Program-made: the position numbers and the translations under genes
NCBI GenBank assembly: GCA_003670675.1
Contig: QWQY01000001.1
Span: 1-54,565, forward strand
Source: Chloroflexota bacterium
Lineage (GTDB): Bacteria; Chloroflexota; Chloroflexia; Chloroflexales; Roseiflexaceae
Reading direction: 5' to 3'
Length of the DNA stretch: 54,565 bases
Notes under the pieces: generated by a model
Databases searched by the model: none
Seen by the model: the letters and a program-made list of their open reading frames with translations, nothing else
What the model was told of the DNA's origin: nothing
In this document: one piece after another, positions 7,973 through 17,475 of the stretch
How the letters are laid out: each line of letters opens with the position of its first letter
How positions within the stretch are numbered: the stretch's first letter is position 1

Positions 7973-10033
7973 ATGGCATTCACGGTCAACGCCCCCTACA
8001 AACCCACCGGCGACCAACCCAAGGCCATCGAGCAACTGGTGCGCGGTGTGCGCGACGGGTTGCGCTATCAGACGCTGTTGGGTGCCACGGGTACGGGCAA
8101 AACCGCCGTCATGAGCTGGGTTTTCGGCGAGCTCCAGCGGCCCACGCTGGTGCTGGCCCACAACAAAACCCTGGTGACGCAGCTGTATGCAGAGTTCCGC
8201 GATTTGCTCCCCGATGCTGCGGTCGAGATGTTCATCTCGTACTACGACTCGTATACCCCTGAGGCGTATGTGCCCAGCAAAGATTTGTACATCGAAAAAG
8301 AAGCCTCGATCAACGAAGAAATCGATCGTCTGCGCCACGCCGCCACCCAAGCCCTGCTGACCCGCCGCGACGTGTTGATTGTGGCGTCGGTATCGTGCAT
8401 CTTTGGTTTGGGCAGCCCCGTCGACTACGGCCAGGTCATGCTCCCCGTCAGCGTCGGCGAAGTGCGCAATCGCGACAAATTGTTGCGCCAATTGTTGGAT
8501 CTGCAGTTCCAACGCAACGACATCGACTTCCACCGCGGCACGTTCCGGGTGCGTGGCGACACGCTCGACATCATGCCCGCCAATGCCGAGACCGCCATCC
8601 GCATCGAGCTGTGGGGCGACGAGGTCGAACGCATCAGCGAGTTCGACCCGTTGACCGGCGAAGTCTACAAGACCGTACCAACCGTCGACATCTTCCCGGC
8701 CAAGCACTTTGTGACGACAACCGAGAAGCTGCAACTCGCTATCGGCGACATCCAAGACGAGCTTGCGGTGCAATTGGCCAACCTCGAGGGTCAGGGCAAA
8801 AACCTCGAAGCGCAACGACTCAAGCAGCGCACCATGTACGACATCGAAATGATGAGCGAGATGGGCTACTGCTCGGGCATCGAAAACTATTCGCGCCACA
8901 TGGACCGACGTGCCGAGGGACAGACGCCGTGGACGCTCATCGACTACTTCCCGGACGACTTCATTTTGTTCATCGACGAATCGCACATCGCGTTGCCGCA
9001 GGTGCGCGGCATGTACGCCGGCGACCGCTCGCGCAAAACGACACTGGTCGACTATGGCTTCAGACTTCCGTCGGCGCTCGACAATCGCCCGTTGCGCATC
9101 GACGAGTTCGAGCAACACATCCGCCAAACGATTTTTGTCTCTGCCACACCAGGACCGTACGAACACCAGGTGTCTGGTCAGATTGTCGAGCAAATTATTC
9201 GTCCCACGGGACTCATCGATCCGGTCATCACCATCCGCCCCACCCGTGGTCAGGTGGATGATTTGATTGGCGAAGTCCGGGCTCGCGTAACCAAAGGCCA
9301 TCGTGCATTGGTGACGACCCTGACCAAGCGCATGGCCGAGGATCTGGCCGATTATCTGCGCGAATCGGGCATCCGCACGCAGTATTTGCACGCCGATATC
9401 GACGTCATCGAACGCGTCGAAATCCTGCGCGATCTGCGCCTCGGTGTCTATGACGTGGTCGTGGGTATTAATCTGTTGCGCGAAGGGTTGGACCTGCCCG
9501 AGGTATCGCTGGTGGCGATTTTGGACGCCGACAAAGAGGGTTATCTGCGCTCGGCGTCGTCGCTCATCCAGATCATCGGGCGTGCTGCCCGCCACGTCGA
9601 GGGTACGGTGCTGATGTACGCCGACAATATGACGGCCTCGATGACGGCGGCTATCAACGAGACGAATCGTCGTCGGGCGATTCAGGTCGCCCACAATACT
9701 GAGCACAACATCACACCGATGGGCATCATCAAGGGTGTGCGTGATTTGAGCGACCGCCTGCGCAAGGCTGCCGAAGACCAAGGCGTGTATACCGCAGGTC
9801 CGGCCGACTTCAAACGGGTCGATATGCCAGCAACGCGCGAGGCAATGGCCAAGCTGATCAAAGAGCTCGAGAAGCAGATGAAAAAAGCATCGGCCGACCT
9901 CGAGTTCGAGAAAGCCGCAGCCCTGCGTGACCAGATCCTCGATATCCGACGGACGATGGCACTCGAAGAAGAATTCGCCATTACGCCTCAACCCGCTGCG
10001 GCCACCCGGCGTGGTCCCTCCAAAAAACGCTAG
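7973..10033 (+). CDS. uvrB: Excinuclease ABC subunit B
   Basis: GATGTGKT Walker A, the DESH box, and the C-terminal UVR domain ([13 protein letters not shown]). Confidence 0.97.
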   Translation: MAFTVNAPYKPTGDQPKAIEQLVRGVRDGLRYQTLLGATGTGKTAVMSWVFGELQRPTLVLAHNKTLVTQLYAEFRDLLPDAAVEMFISYYDSYTPEAYVPSKDLYIEKEASINEEIDRLRHAATQALLTRRDVLIVASVSCIFGLGSPVDYGQVMLPVSVGEVRNRDKLLRQLLDLQFQRNDIDFHRGTFRVRGDTLDIMPANAETAIRIELWGDEVERISEFDPLTGEVYKTVPTVDIFPAKHFVTTTEKLQLAIGDIQDELAVQLANLEGQGKNLEAQRLKQRTMYDIEMMSEMGYCSGIENYSRHMDRRAEGQTPWTLIDYFPDDFILFIDESHIALPQVRGMYAGDRSRKTTLVDYGFRLPSALDNRPLRIDEFEQHIRQTIFVSATPGPYEHQVSGQIVEQIIRPTGLIDPVITIRPTRGQVDDLIGEVRARVTKGHRALVTTLTKRMAEDLADYLRESGIRTQYLHADIDVIERVEILRDLRLGVYDVVVGINLLREGLDLPEVSLVAILDADKEGYLRSASSLIQIIGRAARHVEGTVLMYADNMTASMTAAINETNRRRAIQVAHNTEHNITPMGIIKGVRDLSDRLRKAAEDQGVYTAGPADFKRVDMPATREAMAKLIKELEKQMKKASADLEFEKAAALRDQILDIRRTMALEEEFAITPQPAAATRRGPSKKR

Positions 10034-10042
10034 AGAAGGCGC

Positions 10043-11278
10043 ATGGCAGTACAGGTCTGGATCGGCGAAAAACCAGAGAATCCCAACGAGCGGCGCGCAC
10101 TGACGCAGCTGGCAGGGGCGTTTGCGCGTCTGGACGGCCTGTACATTATTTTGGCGAATTTCTCGGTGGGCGGGCGCACCCTCGACGTCGTGGTGCTCAA
10201 GCACGATGGCATCTTTGTGATCGAGCTCAAGTACTGTGATGGCAAGGTAATCGGGGATGTCAACGGGCCGTGGTTTGTCGAAAGTGCGAACAAAGACCGC
10301 AAACGCATCAACCCGGGCCGCAAAAATCCCTACAACCAGGTGTTGACCTACTACTACTCGTTTTCGAACTTCTTGGATGAACACCGCAACGAAATCGCCG
10401 GGAACCGTCACATCGATGTCCGTTCGATGCGGCGGCTGGTCGCCATTGCACCATATCTGCACCCCGAATCACAGATCGATACTGATTGGAAGGTGCATGT
10501 CCTCGGCTTCGATGCGCTGGCTTTGTATGTCTTTACGGAGCGCTCGCCCGACATGTCGTGGAGCGATACCGAACTGGTGCGCATCCCGCAGTTGCTCAAT
10601 TGCACACGCTGGGAAGAAATCGAACAGCTGGTGCTCCCCGATGCGCCCCAACAACCACCGCGCACCCGGGGGATGCCGGCCGTTGTGACGCAACTGTTGT
10701 CCACCTGGACCGGCCAAGCGCTCATCGCGGTGAGTATTCTGCTGATTGTGTTAGCAGTTTTGTATGTCATCAACACGGTTGGGACGCGCTTGGTGACGTT
10801 GCCGGCGATGGAGGCAACCCCGACGGTCGATGTGGCTGCCGGTGGTACGGTCCCGAATCGCGAGCTCCGCTGTACCTGGTTGCCGGCGCAAACCATCGCG
10901 CGGGTACGTACTGCCGACGGCAGTTGGCAGAGTGTGGCAGTCGGCGCAGTGGCAGATGCGTTGTTGACGTTGACATCAGTAGACACGTGCGGTGGCCAGA
11001 TACGCTTGTCACTGACGATTCTGCATACCGCGGCGGATTTGGATGTGCGCATCCCGCTCGACAACGAGCACGTGACCATCCGTGATTCGTTGGGCACACG
11101 CTACGAACTCAGTGAAGTACGGTCGACCCCCGCGACGCTCCTTGCCCTGCCCAATCAGACGGTCACGGGTACCGTGGTGGTGCTCCAGGCGATCCACCCC
11201 AGTGCGACGTCGCTGATTGTGACCCTCCAAAACACCCCGTTTGGCGATGCCTCGTGGCTCGTCCCGCTGACCCCCTGA
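10043..11278 (+). CDS. NERD (nuclease-related domain) protein with one TM helix and an extracytoplasmic beta-rich C-terminal domain
   Basis: NERRALTQLA...LDVVVLKHDGIFVIELKY fits the NERD D/ExK-like core. The TM helix is ALIAVSILLIVLAVLYVI. It starts 9 nt after the uvrB stop and has its own GAGAAGG. Confidence 0.7.
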   Translation: MAVQVWIGEKPENPNERRALTQLAGAFARLDGLYIILANFSVGGRTLDVVVLKHDGIFVIELKYCDGKVIGDVNGPWFVESANKDRKRINPGRKNPYNQVLTYYYSFSNFLDEHRNEIAGNRHIDVRSMRRLVAIAPYLHPESQIDTDWKVHVLGFDALALYVFTERSPDMSWSDTELVRIPQLLNCTRWEEIEQLVLPDAPQQPPRTRGMPAVVTQLLSTWTGQALIAVSILLIVLAVLYVINTVGTRLVTLPAMEATPTVDVAAGGTVPNRELRCTWLPAQTIARVRTADGSWQSVAVGAVADALLTLTSVDTCGGQIRLSLTILHTAADLDVRIPLDNEHVTIRDSLGTRYELSEVRSTPATLLALPNQTVTGTVVVLQAIHPSATSLIVTLQNTPFGDASWLVPLTP

Positions 11279-11517
11279 GCGCATTTCATTTATCCCAGAC
11301 ATCAATGGCATCGACCAACCAGCGCAACCAGTGCTCGACCGTACTGGCGCGACGGTGGATGGTGACTGCCGCGTTTGCCGCCTGCCCATTTGAGGAACGG
11401 TTTGAGGTGGAGTGGACGGAGCGACATACAGCAGAGACCTCGCCCGGCAGGATGCCAGCGAGGTCAATTATTGATCAGAACGCGCGATTGATCAACCGCT
11501 GCAACGCGGTGGTGCGC

Positions 11518-12414
11518 TCAGACAGTGCTGGGGCGCGGCACCAACCGCGTCAGCAAGATACCCAATTCGTACAGCAGGTACATGGGCAGTGCCAGGAGCA
11601 TCAAGTTGTACGGGTCACCGGTGGGGGTAATCAACGCCGCGATGATGGTAATGATGACGATGGCGTAGCGCCGCGTCGACGTGAGCATCTTGGTCGATAC
11701 GATATTGAGCCGGGCCAGCAGGTACATGATGGCGGGCAACTCAAAGATGATGCCGTTCCAGAGCAACAGGGTCGAAACCGTGTCAAAAAAGCTATCGGCA
11801 GTGGGTTCGGTTTGGATGGTGGCGGTGTTTCCGTATCCGAGCAAGAAGCCAAGAGCTGCGGGAATGGTGATAAACCAGCCGAACACAATCCCGGCCAGGA
11901 ACAATTCGGTCACAATCGGCAATGCGGTGTAGACGATGCGCTTTTCGCTGTTCAGCAATCCAGGGGAAAAGAACGCCACCAGCTGATAAATGATCATCGG
12001 CATGGCGATAATAATGCCCACCGTCAAGGCGATGTTCATGTAGCGCAGAAAAATTTCGCCGACCATCACTGCTTTGAGCACGGTGCCTGCGGGTGCCAAT
12101 TGTTGCACCATGAAGTCCGGCAGTGTGACGCCAAAAAATACGGGATTGTTGACGAGGTAGAATCCAAAGCTGGCACCAATACCGATGGCGATACAGGCTT
12201 TCACCAGGCGATCGCGCAGTTCGAGCAAATGCGGTTTGAGTCCATCCCAAAAGTCGCCCAATGTGGATGGCGCAGTCTCGGTACTGATTTCGACCATGTC
12301 TTCGACGGGCTCTTCGGCGGGTATCAGCCAGCGTACCAGCCCGAGCACCAGGAGCGGAAACAGGATCATACCGGCGAGAATCGATGCGAGAACAATCAAA
12401 TTCGCACTGCTCAT
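11518..12414 (-). CDS. tatC: Twin-arginine translocase subunit TatC
   Basis: Six-TM protein. IIYQLVAFFSPGL and LITPTGDP are TatC signatures. Confidence 0.9.
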   Translation of the reverse strand: MSSANLIVLASILAGMILFPLLVLGLVRWLIPAEEPVEDMVEISTETAPSTLGDFWDGLKPHLLELRDRLVKACIAIGIGASFGFYLVNNPVFFGVTLPDFMVQQLAPAGTVLKAVMVGEIFLRYMNIALTVGIIIAMPMIIYQLVAFFSPGLLNSEKRIVYTALPIVTELFLAGIVFGWFITIPAALGFLLGYGNTATIQTEPTADSFFDTVSTLLLWNGIIFELPAIMYLLARLNIVSTKMLTSTRRYAIVIITIIAALITPTGDPYNLMLLALPMYLLYELGILLTRLVPRPSTV

Positions 12415-13328
12415 GGGTTCGACTCCCCGTTGGTGTTTTGTACGTGGCGTTGAAGATCATCGATGCGGTTGGTCAATTGACCGATTTCGATGCGCAAGAA
12501 CATAATCGTATCAGATGTGACGGATTGTGCGGGTGTGGCTGCCACGCTGCTCCGCAGTTCTTTCATCTCGCGGGTAAGCTGCTCGATCTCGGCGTGGAGC
12601 CGTGTGACCGTGTCTGCAGCTGGAGGGGTCGTCTGCGCCTCTTTGAGTCGGCTTATTTCGGCCTTGAGGTTGCGGATTTCTGCGTAGATTGCGCTATCGG
12701 GAATCGGTTGGGTGACTACTGGGAGTACTGGTTCTGCTTGTTGGGAAGCACTGGCCGCCGCACCAGCAGGGGCATCGGCGGGAGGAACTGGGTCTGGTTG
12801 ACTCGACGCAGGTGCCTGTGGGTTCATCCAGTTGGGCTTGCTCGTGCGTGCGACCGTGGCGGGGATGCGCTGGTCGTCAGCAACCGTCGCAGGAGCCGGG
12901 GTGTCTGTTTGGACGGTGTCGGGATCGCTCGGCTTGCCGATGGTCCGTTCCTCGTCTGCAGCAGGTGTGTATGGCGTGTTGACCGCATCCTTGAGGGTGG
13001 TATTCGAGGTTTGGGCGGCGTCGGTGATTGCAGCGTTGAGTGATGACGTGGTCAATGAAAGGGTTTTGGTTGTATCGTTGAGGTCGCTGCGTACACTGTT
13101 GGTGACTTCACGCAGTGTCGAACGGATTTCGTTGATTTCGGTTTGGAGCTCGGACTGAATTTGGAGCAGCACCTTGGCATCCGGTGAAGCATTCAACCAG
13201 TTGCGCAAGCGGATAATCGACGACACGAGGCTCCGCGCAAAGGCGGGCAGGCGTTCGGGGCCAAGGACGATGAGCGCGATGATAATGACAAAGAAAAATT
13301 CACCGGGGCCGATCCCGAGGAAATTCAT
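12411..13328 (-). CDS. tatB: TatA/TatB-family translocase protein with a long low-complexity and coiled-coil C-terminal tail
   Basis: MNFLGIGPGEFFFVIIIALIVLGPERLP is the canonical TatA/B N-terminus. An ATGA overlap links it to tatC. The start was trimmed to 13328. Confidence 0.8.
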   Translation of the reverse strand: MNFLGIGPGEFFFVIIIALIVLGPERLPAFARSLVSSIIRLRNWLNASPDAKVLLQIQSELQTEINEIRSTLREVTNSVRSDLNDTTKTLSLTTSSLNAAITDAAQTSNTTLKDAVNTPYTPAADEERTIGKPSDPDTVQTDTPAPATVADDQRIPATVARTSKPNWMNPQAPASSQPDPVPPADAPAGAAASASQQAEPVLPVVTQPIPDSAIYAEIRNLKAEISRLKEAQTTPPAADTVTRLHAEIEQLTREMKELRSSVAATPAQSVTSDTIMFLRIEIGQLTNRIDDLQRHVQNTNGESNP

Positions 13329-13410
13329 AGGGCCTACTTTCGCCAGCGTACGCAGTCTATACCTGAATTGTACAACACTCCGCACCACAGTCGATGGATG
13401 TGCAGTACAC

Positions 13411-13440
13411 GAAAAACCCCCACTGTCTGCACAGTGGGGG
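13411..13440 (-). terminator. Rho-independent terminator after acpP
   Basis: CCCCCACTGT / ACAGTGGGGG forms a 10-bp stem with a 4-nt loop, followed on the minus strand by TTTTTC. Confidence 0.75.
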
Positions 13441-13456
13441 TACCGGACGCAGAGAA

Positions 13457-13699
13457 CTACTTGCCGTTTGCGTCGATGTAGGCCATGGCGTCGCCGACCG
13501 TGAGGATTTTTTCGGCGGCTTCGTCGGGAATGTCAACGCCGAACTCTTCTTCGAGGGCCATAATCAACTCGACCAGGTCGAGTGAATCAGCCTTGAGTTC
13601 TTCGGCGAAGCGGGCGGACGGGACAATTGCTGATTCTTCGCAGCCCAAGCGGTCTGCGACAATTTTCTTCAGACGTGATTCCATCTCTGCTGACGGCAT
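13457..13699 (-). CDS. acpP: Acyl carrier protein
   Basis: [17 protein letters not shown] contains the phosphopantetheine Ser motif. Size is 80 aa. Confidence 0.93.
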   Translation of the reverse strand: MPSAEMESRLKKIVADRLGCEESAIVPSARFAEELKADSLDLVELIMALEEEFGVDIPDEAAEKILTVGDAMAYIDANGK

Positions 13700-13773
13700 T
13701 GATGTGCTCCTTTCGCAACCTCTACATACACGTGTTGTGTTCGATGTATATCACCACAGGTCAGACCTGTTGG

Positions 13774-14265
13774 CTACCGTGTCGGGGGTGTTGCACTGTA
13801 GCGCGCAGCTACGGTGCCCAATATGCCGTTGACCAAGCGTGCAGACGAATCACCGACGTAGGCCCGTGCGATTTCGACAGCGGCGTTGATAATCACCGGA
13901 GTTTCACCTTTTTGTTCGCTGTAGCGGAGCTCAGCGATGGCGATATGGAGCACTGCACGTTGCAGGACCGGCATATCGTCGAGTGAAATCGTCGGAGCAA
14001 GTTCGCGGATAAGGGTGTCGAGTGCGTGCCGGTGTTCGAGGGCGGCGCTCACGATGGTCCGGATGAAAACCCGCTGGGTGGCACGAATGGGAAGCGGATC
14101 GCCGTCGTCATCCACGTCGTTGAGGATGGGTTGCGAAAGGTGACGGTCTAACACGGCATCGATGGGATGATCGGTTTGACTGAGTTCGTACAGTATGCGC
14201 ACTGCTTGTGTGCGTGGCTTGAGCCGTGCTTGGCTAGGCATGCGTTCCTTGGGTTTGTACGTCAC
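13774..14265 (-). CDS. nusB: Transcription antitermination factor NusB
   Basis: AVRILYELSQ..., RAVLHIAIAELRY, INAAVEIARAY..ARLVNGILG. The start is uncertain; an alternative ATG lies at 14241. Confidence 0.85.
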   Translation of the reverse strand: MTYKPKERMPSQARLKPRTQAVRILYELSQTDHPIDAVLDRHLSQPILNDVDDDGDPLPIRATQRVFIRTIVSAALEHRHALDTLIRELAPTISLDDMPVLQRAVLHIAIAELRYSEQKGETPVIINAAVEIARAYVGDSSARLVNGILGTVAARYSATPPTR

Positions 14266-14584
14266 AGACGATGACGAAAACGGTTACATCGCGTGGGTCG
14301 ACCCGTTGGATAAGGGTTGCAACCAACGTCTTGATTTGCATCGACTGCGTCACCACACTCGCATCGGTCCGTGGATCAACCAGCACATAACAGTGCACGT
14401 CGAGCGTGCTGTCGTGTGCCACGATTGCTACCCCATGCCCGAGGATTGCGCCTGCGGGTGCATTGTATGGTGGCATCGCTGGTCGAATGCCCGGTACGAA
14501 GCTGAGCGCTGCGCTTAATCGCGTGGCCAATGCCACGTATGGAATTTGCTGATGCGATTCATGCACAAACATCATTCTACTCAC
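14234..14584 (-). CDS. Asp23/Gls24-family (DUF322) protein
   Basis: [19 protein letters not shown]...[15 protein letters not shown] fits the Asp23 pattern. An Asp23-like gene upstream of nusB is a common arrangement in monoderm-type genomes. Confidence 0.6.
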   Translation of the reverse strand: MSRMMFVHESHQQIPYVALATRLSAALSFVPGIRPAMPPYNAPAGAILGHGVAIVAHDSTLDVHCYVLVDPRTDASVVTQSMQIKTLVATLIQRVDPRDVTVFVIVCDVQTQGTHA

Positions 14585-14604
14585 AACTGTTCAGCACGTC
14601 AAGA

Positions 14605-14633
14605 ATTCACGCGGCGCATTCTTGTGCTATACT
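14605..14633 (+). promoter_or_regulatory. Putative sigma70-type promoter of rpsO with an extended -10
   Basis: TTCACG (14606-14611), a 16-nt spacer, then TGcTATACT (14625-14633). The leader contains a CAGACTG/CAGTCTG stem (14651-14657 and 14684-14690). Confidence 0.45.
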
Positions 14634-14717
14634 GTCTATCGGCAGTCGTTCAGACTGCGTCGCATCGAACGTACAGACCGCTCCAGTCTGTGCGCGATTA
14701 TGAGGGAGTACCGCACC

Positions 14718-14987
14718 ATGGCATTGGAACGTAGCGAAAAAGACACCGTCATTGGCAAGTTTCAGACACATGCAACCGACACCGGTTCGTCTGAAGTCCA
14801 GATTGCCTTATTGACCGAGCGCATCAACCAGATCGTCGACCACTTGCGCGAGAACAAGCACGACCACGCCACCCGCCGTGGGTTGCTGAAGTTGGTCGGT
14901 CGTCGTCGTCGGTTGCTGGCTTACCTGAGCCGCACCAACAACGCCAGCTACCGCAGCACCATCGAGCGCTTGGGCTTGCGCCGGTAA
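14718..14987 (+). CDS. rpsO: 30S ribosomal protein S15
   Basis: [53 protein letters not shown] lies upstream of the ATG at 14718. Confidence 0.95.
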   Translation: MALERSEKDTVIGKFQTHATDTGSSEVQIALLTERINQIVDHLRENKHDHATRRGLLKLVGRRRRLLAYLSRTNNASYRSTIERLGLRR

Positions 14988-15024
14988 TCGCCGTCTGCGT
15001 GTACAACATTCGTGTGATGATGTG

Positions 15025-15063
15025 GCTGCGGGCATGTACAACCTACATCCCGCAGCTTTATCT
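15025..15063 (+). terminator. rpsO-pnp intergenic hairpin (terminator, attenuator or processing site)
   Basis: GCTGCGGG...CCCGCAGC stem followed by TTTATCT. Confidence 0.6.
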
Positions 15064-15194
15064 ATAAAGTCCGTCAGTATGCAGCAAAGACCAGGTGGTT
15101 AGGGATTGGAGGATGGGGTTCGCAGTGCGGACGGCAACCTCCAGTACCTAACACATGGCAACTGCCACACACGGTGGCAGAGAAGAAGGAGCCC

Positions 15195-17417
15195 ATGACA
15201 GAACGCAAAGTATTCAGCGTCAGCGCTGAAATCGCCGGTCGGACCATGACCCTCGAATCGGGTCGGTTCGCCGAGCAAGCCGATGGTGCAGTCACCATCC
15301 GCTACGGGGACACCGTCCTGCTGGCCACCGTGGTGGCCGCCAAATCCGCCCGCGAGGGAATCGACTTCTTCCCATTGACCGTCGATTACGAAGAAAAAAT
15401 GTACGCAGCCGGCAAAATCCCCGGTAGCTTCTTCAAGCGCGAAGGTCGTGCCACGACCACGGCGATTCTGACGTCGCGTTTGACCGACCGACCGTTGCGC
15501 CCGCTCTTCCCCGAAGGCTACTTCAACGAAGTCCAAATCATCGTCACGACCTTTTCGATTGACATGGTCAACGATCCTGGTCCGTGTTCGATTATCGCCG
15601 CCTCGGCAGCCTTGGCGATCTCGGGCATTCCGTTTTCGGGTCCGGTCGGTGCAGTCACCGTCGGCTACCTGGATGGTGCGTTGGTCGTTAATCCGACGAT
15701 GAGTGCCATGCAAGAGAGCCGCCTCGACCTGGTCGTCGCCGGCACCAAAGAAGCCGTCTTGATGGTCGAAGCCGGTGCATTCGAGTTGACCGAAGAGCAG
15801 ATGCTCAATGGCGTCATCGAAGGACACCGCGTCGCCAAAGAAATCTGTGCCCTGCAAGAGAAGCTGATTGCATTGTGCGGCAAGGCCAAGCAGGCGTTCA
15901 CCCCGGCACCACAGGACAAATCGCTCGAACAAGCTATGCGCCAGTGGATGGGTACGCGCTTCCACGATGCGTTGCACAACAGCGACAAGACCGCCCGCCA
16001 AGATCAGACCGATGCGCTCCATGTAGCCGTGATTGCACATTTCACCGCTGACGAGCCCGAAGAAGAAGTCGCAGCCCGCAAAAAGGCCATCGACGTCGCC
16101 TTCGAAAACATCATGTACGACGAAGTCCGCAACGCACTGCTCGATTCGGGCTTGCGTGTCGACGGCCGTACCCCCGAAGAAATCCGGCCCATCAGCGTCG
16201 ACGTCGGTGTCATCCCCCGCGTCCATGGCTCGGGCTTGTTTACGCGTGGCCAGACCCAAGTGTTGACCATCACGACGCTCGGTTCACCTGCCGAAGAGCA
16301 GCGCCTCGACGATTTGGGTATCGAGACGAGCAAGCGCTACATTCACCACTACAACTTCCCACCATTCTCGACCGGCGAAGTCAAGCGCTTGGGCGCTCCA
16401 CGCCGCCGCGATATCGGACATGGTGCGTTGGCCGAGCGATCATTGGTCGCAGTGTTGCCGACCAAGGACGAGTTCCCCTACACGATGCGTCTGGTATCTG
16501 AAGTGTTGTCGTCCAATGGCTCGTCGTCGATGGGTTCGGTCTGTGGATCGAGCATGTCGTTGATGGACGCTGGCGTGCCCATCAAGCGCCCGGTCGCGGG
16601 TGTGGCCATGGGTCTGGTCACCGGCGAGCACGGCAAGTTCCGCGTTTTGACCGACATCCAGGGCATCGAAGACCACCTCGGCGACATGGACTTCAAAGTC
16701 GCTGGTACGACCGAGGGCATCACCGGTCTGCAGATGGACATCAAAACCACCGGCATCACCTACGAAATCATGAAAATCGCGTTCGAGCAAGCCCGCCGCG
16801 GCCGCTTGTTCATCCTCGATAAGATGAGCGCCGCCATCACCACGGCCCGCGCCGAAATGTCGGTTACGGCACCACGCATCATCACCTTGCAGATCCCTGT
16901 CGACAAAATCGGCGCGCTCATCGGCCCCGGTGGCAAGACCATCCGTGGCATCATCGAGAGCACCGGCGCGACAGTGGACGTCGAGGACGACGGTCGCGTG
17001 TTTGTGACCACTGCCGATGGCGAAGCGTCCAAGAAGGCCGTCGGGATGATCGAAGCGCTCACGCGTGAAATCAAAATCGGCGAAATCTTCTTGGGCAAGG
17101 TCGTCAGCATCAAGCCGTTCGGCGCGTTTGTGAACCTCATCCCCGGCAAAGACGGCATGGTCCATATTTCGGAGCTGGACGTCGGTCGGGTCAATGTGGT
17201 CGAAGATGTCGTCAACATCGGCGACGAAATCAACGTCATGGTCATCGACGTCGACGCTGGTGGCAAGGTCAGTCTGTCACGCAAAGCTGTGCTGACCGGC
17301 ATGTCGCCAGACGATGTCAAGAACGCACCACGTCCCGAGCGCGCACCACGCGACGGCGACCGCGGTGGGTTCCGTGGTCCGCCACGTGACGGCGATCGCC
17401 CACGCCGCCGGATGTAG
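15195..17417 (+). CDS. pnp: Polyribonucleotide nucleotidyltransferase (PNPase) with an Arg/Gly/Asp-rich C-terminal tail
   Basis: Two RNase PH domains, KH and S1 (GKVVSIKPFGAFVNL). AAGGAG precedes the ATG at 15195; the ORF is open from 15174. Confidence 0.95.
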   Translation: MTERKVFSVSAEIAGRTMTLESGRFAEQADGAVTIRYGDTVLLATVVAAKSAREGIDFFPLTVDYEEKMYAAGKIPGSFFKREGRATTTAILTSRLTDRPLRPLFPEGYFNEVQIIVTTFSIDMVNDPGPCSIIAASAALAISGIPFSGPVGAVTVGYLDGALVVNPTMSAMQESRLDLVVAGTKEAVLMVEAGAFELTEEQMLNGVIEGHRVAKEICALQEKLIALCGKAKQAFTPAPQDKSLEQAMRQWMGTRFHDALHNSDKTARQDQTDALHVAVIAHFTADEPEEEVAARKKAIDVAFENIMYDEVRNALLDSGLRVDGRTPEEIRPISVDVGVIPRVHGSGLFTRGQTQVLTITTLGSPAEEQRLDDLGIETSKRYIHHYNFPPFSTGEVKRLGAPRRRDIGHGALAERSLVAVLPTKDEFPYTMRLVSEVLSSNGSSSMGSVCGSSMSLMDAGVPIKRPVAGVAMGLVTGEHGKFRVLTDIQGIEDHLGDMDFKVAGTTEGITGLQMDIKTTGITYEIMKIAFEQARRGRLFILDKMSAAITTARAEMSVTAPRIITLQIPVDKIGALIGPGGKTIRGIIESTGATVDVEDDGRVFVTTADGEASKKAVGMIEALTREIKIGEIFLGKVVSIKPFGAFVNLIPGKDGMVHISELDVGRVNVVEDVVNIGDEINVMVIDVDAGGKVSLSRKAVLTGMSPDDVKNAPRPERAPRDGDRGGFRGPPRDGDRPRRRM

Positions 17418-17428
17418 GTTTTTCTTCT

Positions 17429-17468
17429 GCGTCCAGACGGTCACACAGCTGTGTGCCCGTCTGGACGC
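17429..17468. terminator. Bidirectional terminator hairpin between convergent pnp and the dioxygenase gene
   Basis: A 40-nt near-perfect palindrome, GCGTCCAGACGG-tCACACAGCTGTGTGc-CCGTCTGGACGC. Confidence 0.7.
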
Positions 17469-17475
17469 TTCGCAT

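Noticed and set aside
7922-10462. An 846-aa ORF on the minus strand
   Set aside because: It lies entirely antisense to the unmistakable uvrB and the NERD gene. Its composition is Arg/Ala/Val/Gly/His-rich and low-complexity, typical of shadow ORFs in high-GC DNA.
11254-12453. A 399-aa plus-strand ORF, and the 152-aa minus ORF at 11009-11467 in the 240-bp gap after the NERD gene
   Set aside because: The first is antisense to tatC. The second overlaps the NERD gene's end, has no RBS and has implausible composition. I treat the gap as non-coding; it contains a GACCTCGC/GCGAGGTC hairpin at about 11437-11466.
15099-16259. A 386-aa minus-strand ORF, plus 16440-17165 and 16760-17320
   Set aside because: All three are antisense to pnp. 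They have no motifs and a biased shadow-frame composition.
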